Assembly: GCF_006345805.1 (NCBI RefSeq)
Contig: NC_043018.1
Coordinates: 23,498,001-23,562,000 of the forward strand
Direction: 5' to 3'
Origin: Octopus sinensis
Lineage: Eukaryota
Length of the DNA: 64,000 bases
A program made the translations under genes and the position numbers. Shown here one piece after another: positions 61,854 through 64,000 of the stretch (the first letter of the stretch is position 1; each line of letters opens with the position of its first letter). Below the pieces are notes generated by a model, which was not told where the DNA came from, ran no database searches, and worked only from the letters and a program-made list of their open reading frames with translations.

Positions 61854-62543
61854 GTAAGTAAATACACCTTTTTTCTTTTCCTTTCTGTTAAATTTGGATT
61901 TATTTTTATTTCTGACCTGCGTAGTTGGACCAAATGTTCTTTTTATATTTTATTGTGAAGGTCACAGGCACTGCCTTCCCACTGACAAATTCATTAAAAA
62001 AGGACCCCCTTAATTTTATTACTGGGGAAAACAGATATATCCACTCAAAATTTCACTACCTTTACTAGCAGAATGAAAGTTTATTTACCAATCTATCTTT
62101 TGTTAAAGAATGTCATATTTGAAACTATTTTTTGTTAAGATATGCCAAGTTTATTGAGGTACTGTGACTTGCAGAAAATGCCAATTCTAATTTTTTGGTA
62201 GATATTTAACATCACTACTGGAATAATCACCTTCCTAGGTGTAAATATTGTTTTTATTTCTAAAAAAAGAAAATGAGTTTTAATTAGTGTGAAAGCATTA
62301 TAATTGTTAATAATTAATTTCAGAGACATAAAGGTAGCAAGCTGGTAGAATTATATATACACACATCAGACAAAATGCTTAGTGGCATTTCTTCCGGTTC
62401 TTTATCTTTTGAATTGAAATTCTGTCAAGGATGTTTGCCCTTTGTCCTTTCTAGATTGATAAAATAAGTACTATTTCAGTTCCTGGAATCAATTTCCTCT
62501 TTCCATCAAAAATTGCTGGCTTTGTGCCAAAAGTATTATTATT

Positions 62544-62880
62544 ATTACCTCCGCCTTAGCAAAGGTGGAGGGATTGTTTTCAGTTGTGTTTGTTTGTTTG
62601 TTGGTTTGTCTGTGGACAAGATATCTCAAGAACCGCTGGATGGATTCAGATGAAACTTTCAGAGATGTTTGACCTTGTGACTGGCACGAACTGATTAGAT
62701 TTTGGGATCAATCCGGTGGCAGACAAGATTCTAGATTATTTTTCCGTTTTTTCAACTTAATTTTTAAGAGCAGTCGAGTTTATTTCAGATATTTTCATTT
62801 TAAAAATCATCTCTGGCTAGTCATTGAGAGGACGTTGGTGTTGCTTTGGCAGAGGTTTGCACTCTCTGAGTGCTCTTGTT
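62544..62880 (+). mobile_element. Helentron-associated (DINE/HINE-like) non-autonomous element
   Basis: 5' subTIR TACCTCCGCC, (GTTT)n/GTCT tract, 3' subTIR GGCAGAGGT, terminal stem-loop GCACTCTCTGAGTGC, ending in TT. Confidence 0.65.
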
Positions 62881-62957
62881 ATTATTATTCGTATACACAC
62901 AACAGATTAGACTGATGGAAAAGAAAAAATCCTAACATTGGGCTACAACAAGTAACC

Positions 62958-63335
62958 TTAGATGTCAAGAACCCTCCTAAGTATCCTAGTTGTCCCTAAT
63001 AACACTGTTCTCTGCAGCTGTACTAAACTGGGTTTTATGCCTATTTCCTTTATCCATCTGTTCAGGTCTTTAGGCATAGTACCCAATGCACCTATAACTA
63101 CTGGGATACATTTTACCTGCATTTTCCGTAGTCTCTGTAATCCAATGGCTAGGTCCTGGTACTTTGTAATTTTTTCTATTCTTCTCGTATTGATTTTTTT
63201 TCATCCTTTACAACTGTAAGGTCAATTATCTAGCACTTTCTATTCCCTTTCTCTACTACTACTAAATCAGGCTTTCTAGCTTCTATCATTCTGTCAGTCT
63301 GAATGTTAAAGTCCCACAACATCTTGCATTTCTTA
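62958..63335 (-). mobile_element. R4/Dong-clade 3' fragment
   Basis: Minus-strand translation KITKYQDLAIGLQRLRKM.VKCIPVVIGALGTMPKDLNRWIKEIG..LQRTVLLGTTRILRRVLDI*; (TTA)n on both sides. Confidence 0.8.
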
Positions 63336-63397
63336 CTTTCTAGGACTCTACTAGGTTCATGTTCATGTATTTCTTACTTTCTAGTACTTTACTGGGT

Positions 63398-63428
<31 letters not shown>

Positions 63429-64000
63429 TATTGAAGGTGGCGAGCTGGCAGAAACGTTAGCAAGCCAGGCGAAATGCTCACCAGTATTTCGTCTGTCTTC
63501 ATGTTCTCAGTTCAATTTCTGCCGAGGTCGACTTTGCCTTTCATCCTTTCAGGGTAGATAAATTAAGTACCAGTTACGTACTGGGGAGGTCAATCTAATC
63601 AACTATCCCTCTCCCCCAAAATTTCAGGCCTTGTGCCTAGAGTAGAAAAGATTATTATTATTATTATTATTATTATAATTAAGGTGAGCTGGCAGAATTG
63701 TTAGTGCGTTGGGTGAAATGCTTAGTGGTATTTCATCTGTTGCTATGTTCTGAGTTCAAATTCTGCCGAGGTTGACTTTGCAGTTCATCTTTTTGGGGTC
63801 AATAAAATAAGTACCAGTGGAGCACTGAGGTATATGATCGACTAACCCCTTCCCCAAAAATTTGTGTCTATAGTAGAAAGGATTATTATTATTATTATTA
63901 TTTGTATGGAAAAATGGGATCAGCTGGCAGAATCATTAGCATGCCAGGCATTTTGTCTGCCTTTATGTTCTGAGTTCAAATTCCACCGAGGCTGACTTTG

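Overview
AT-rich, microsatellite- and SINE-dense eukaryotic DNA. The repeat landscape looks like octopus or another coleoid cephalopod (inference). The whole window lies inside one + strand gene: a fused alpha/beta NADH-dependent glutamate synthase (GOGAT, GLT1-type). I traced 31 coding exons by hand with GT-AG borders and consistent phases (460-61853). The N-terminus and last exon(s) lie outside the window, and about 250 codons are missing across the 100-N gap at 9404-9503. The introns hold a young, complete 4.27-kb LTR retrotransposon on the minus strand (54136-58401, 5-bp TSD AGTTG). Its primer-binding site is complementary to the 5' end, not the 3' CCA end, of tRNA-Phe, and its RNase H looks atypical for Ty3/Gypsy. 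At least four unrelated small repeat families carry minimal type-I hammerhead-ribozyme folds, several arranged as fold-back pairs. Also present: three tRNA-derived SINE families, R4/Dong, CR1 and mariner remnants, hAT- and piggyBac-type MITEs, a Helentron-type element, a permuted duplication of part of a GOGAT exon, and several minisatellites. All alignments, folds and family assignments were done by eye or from memory; no searches were run.
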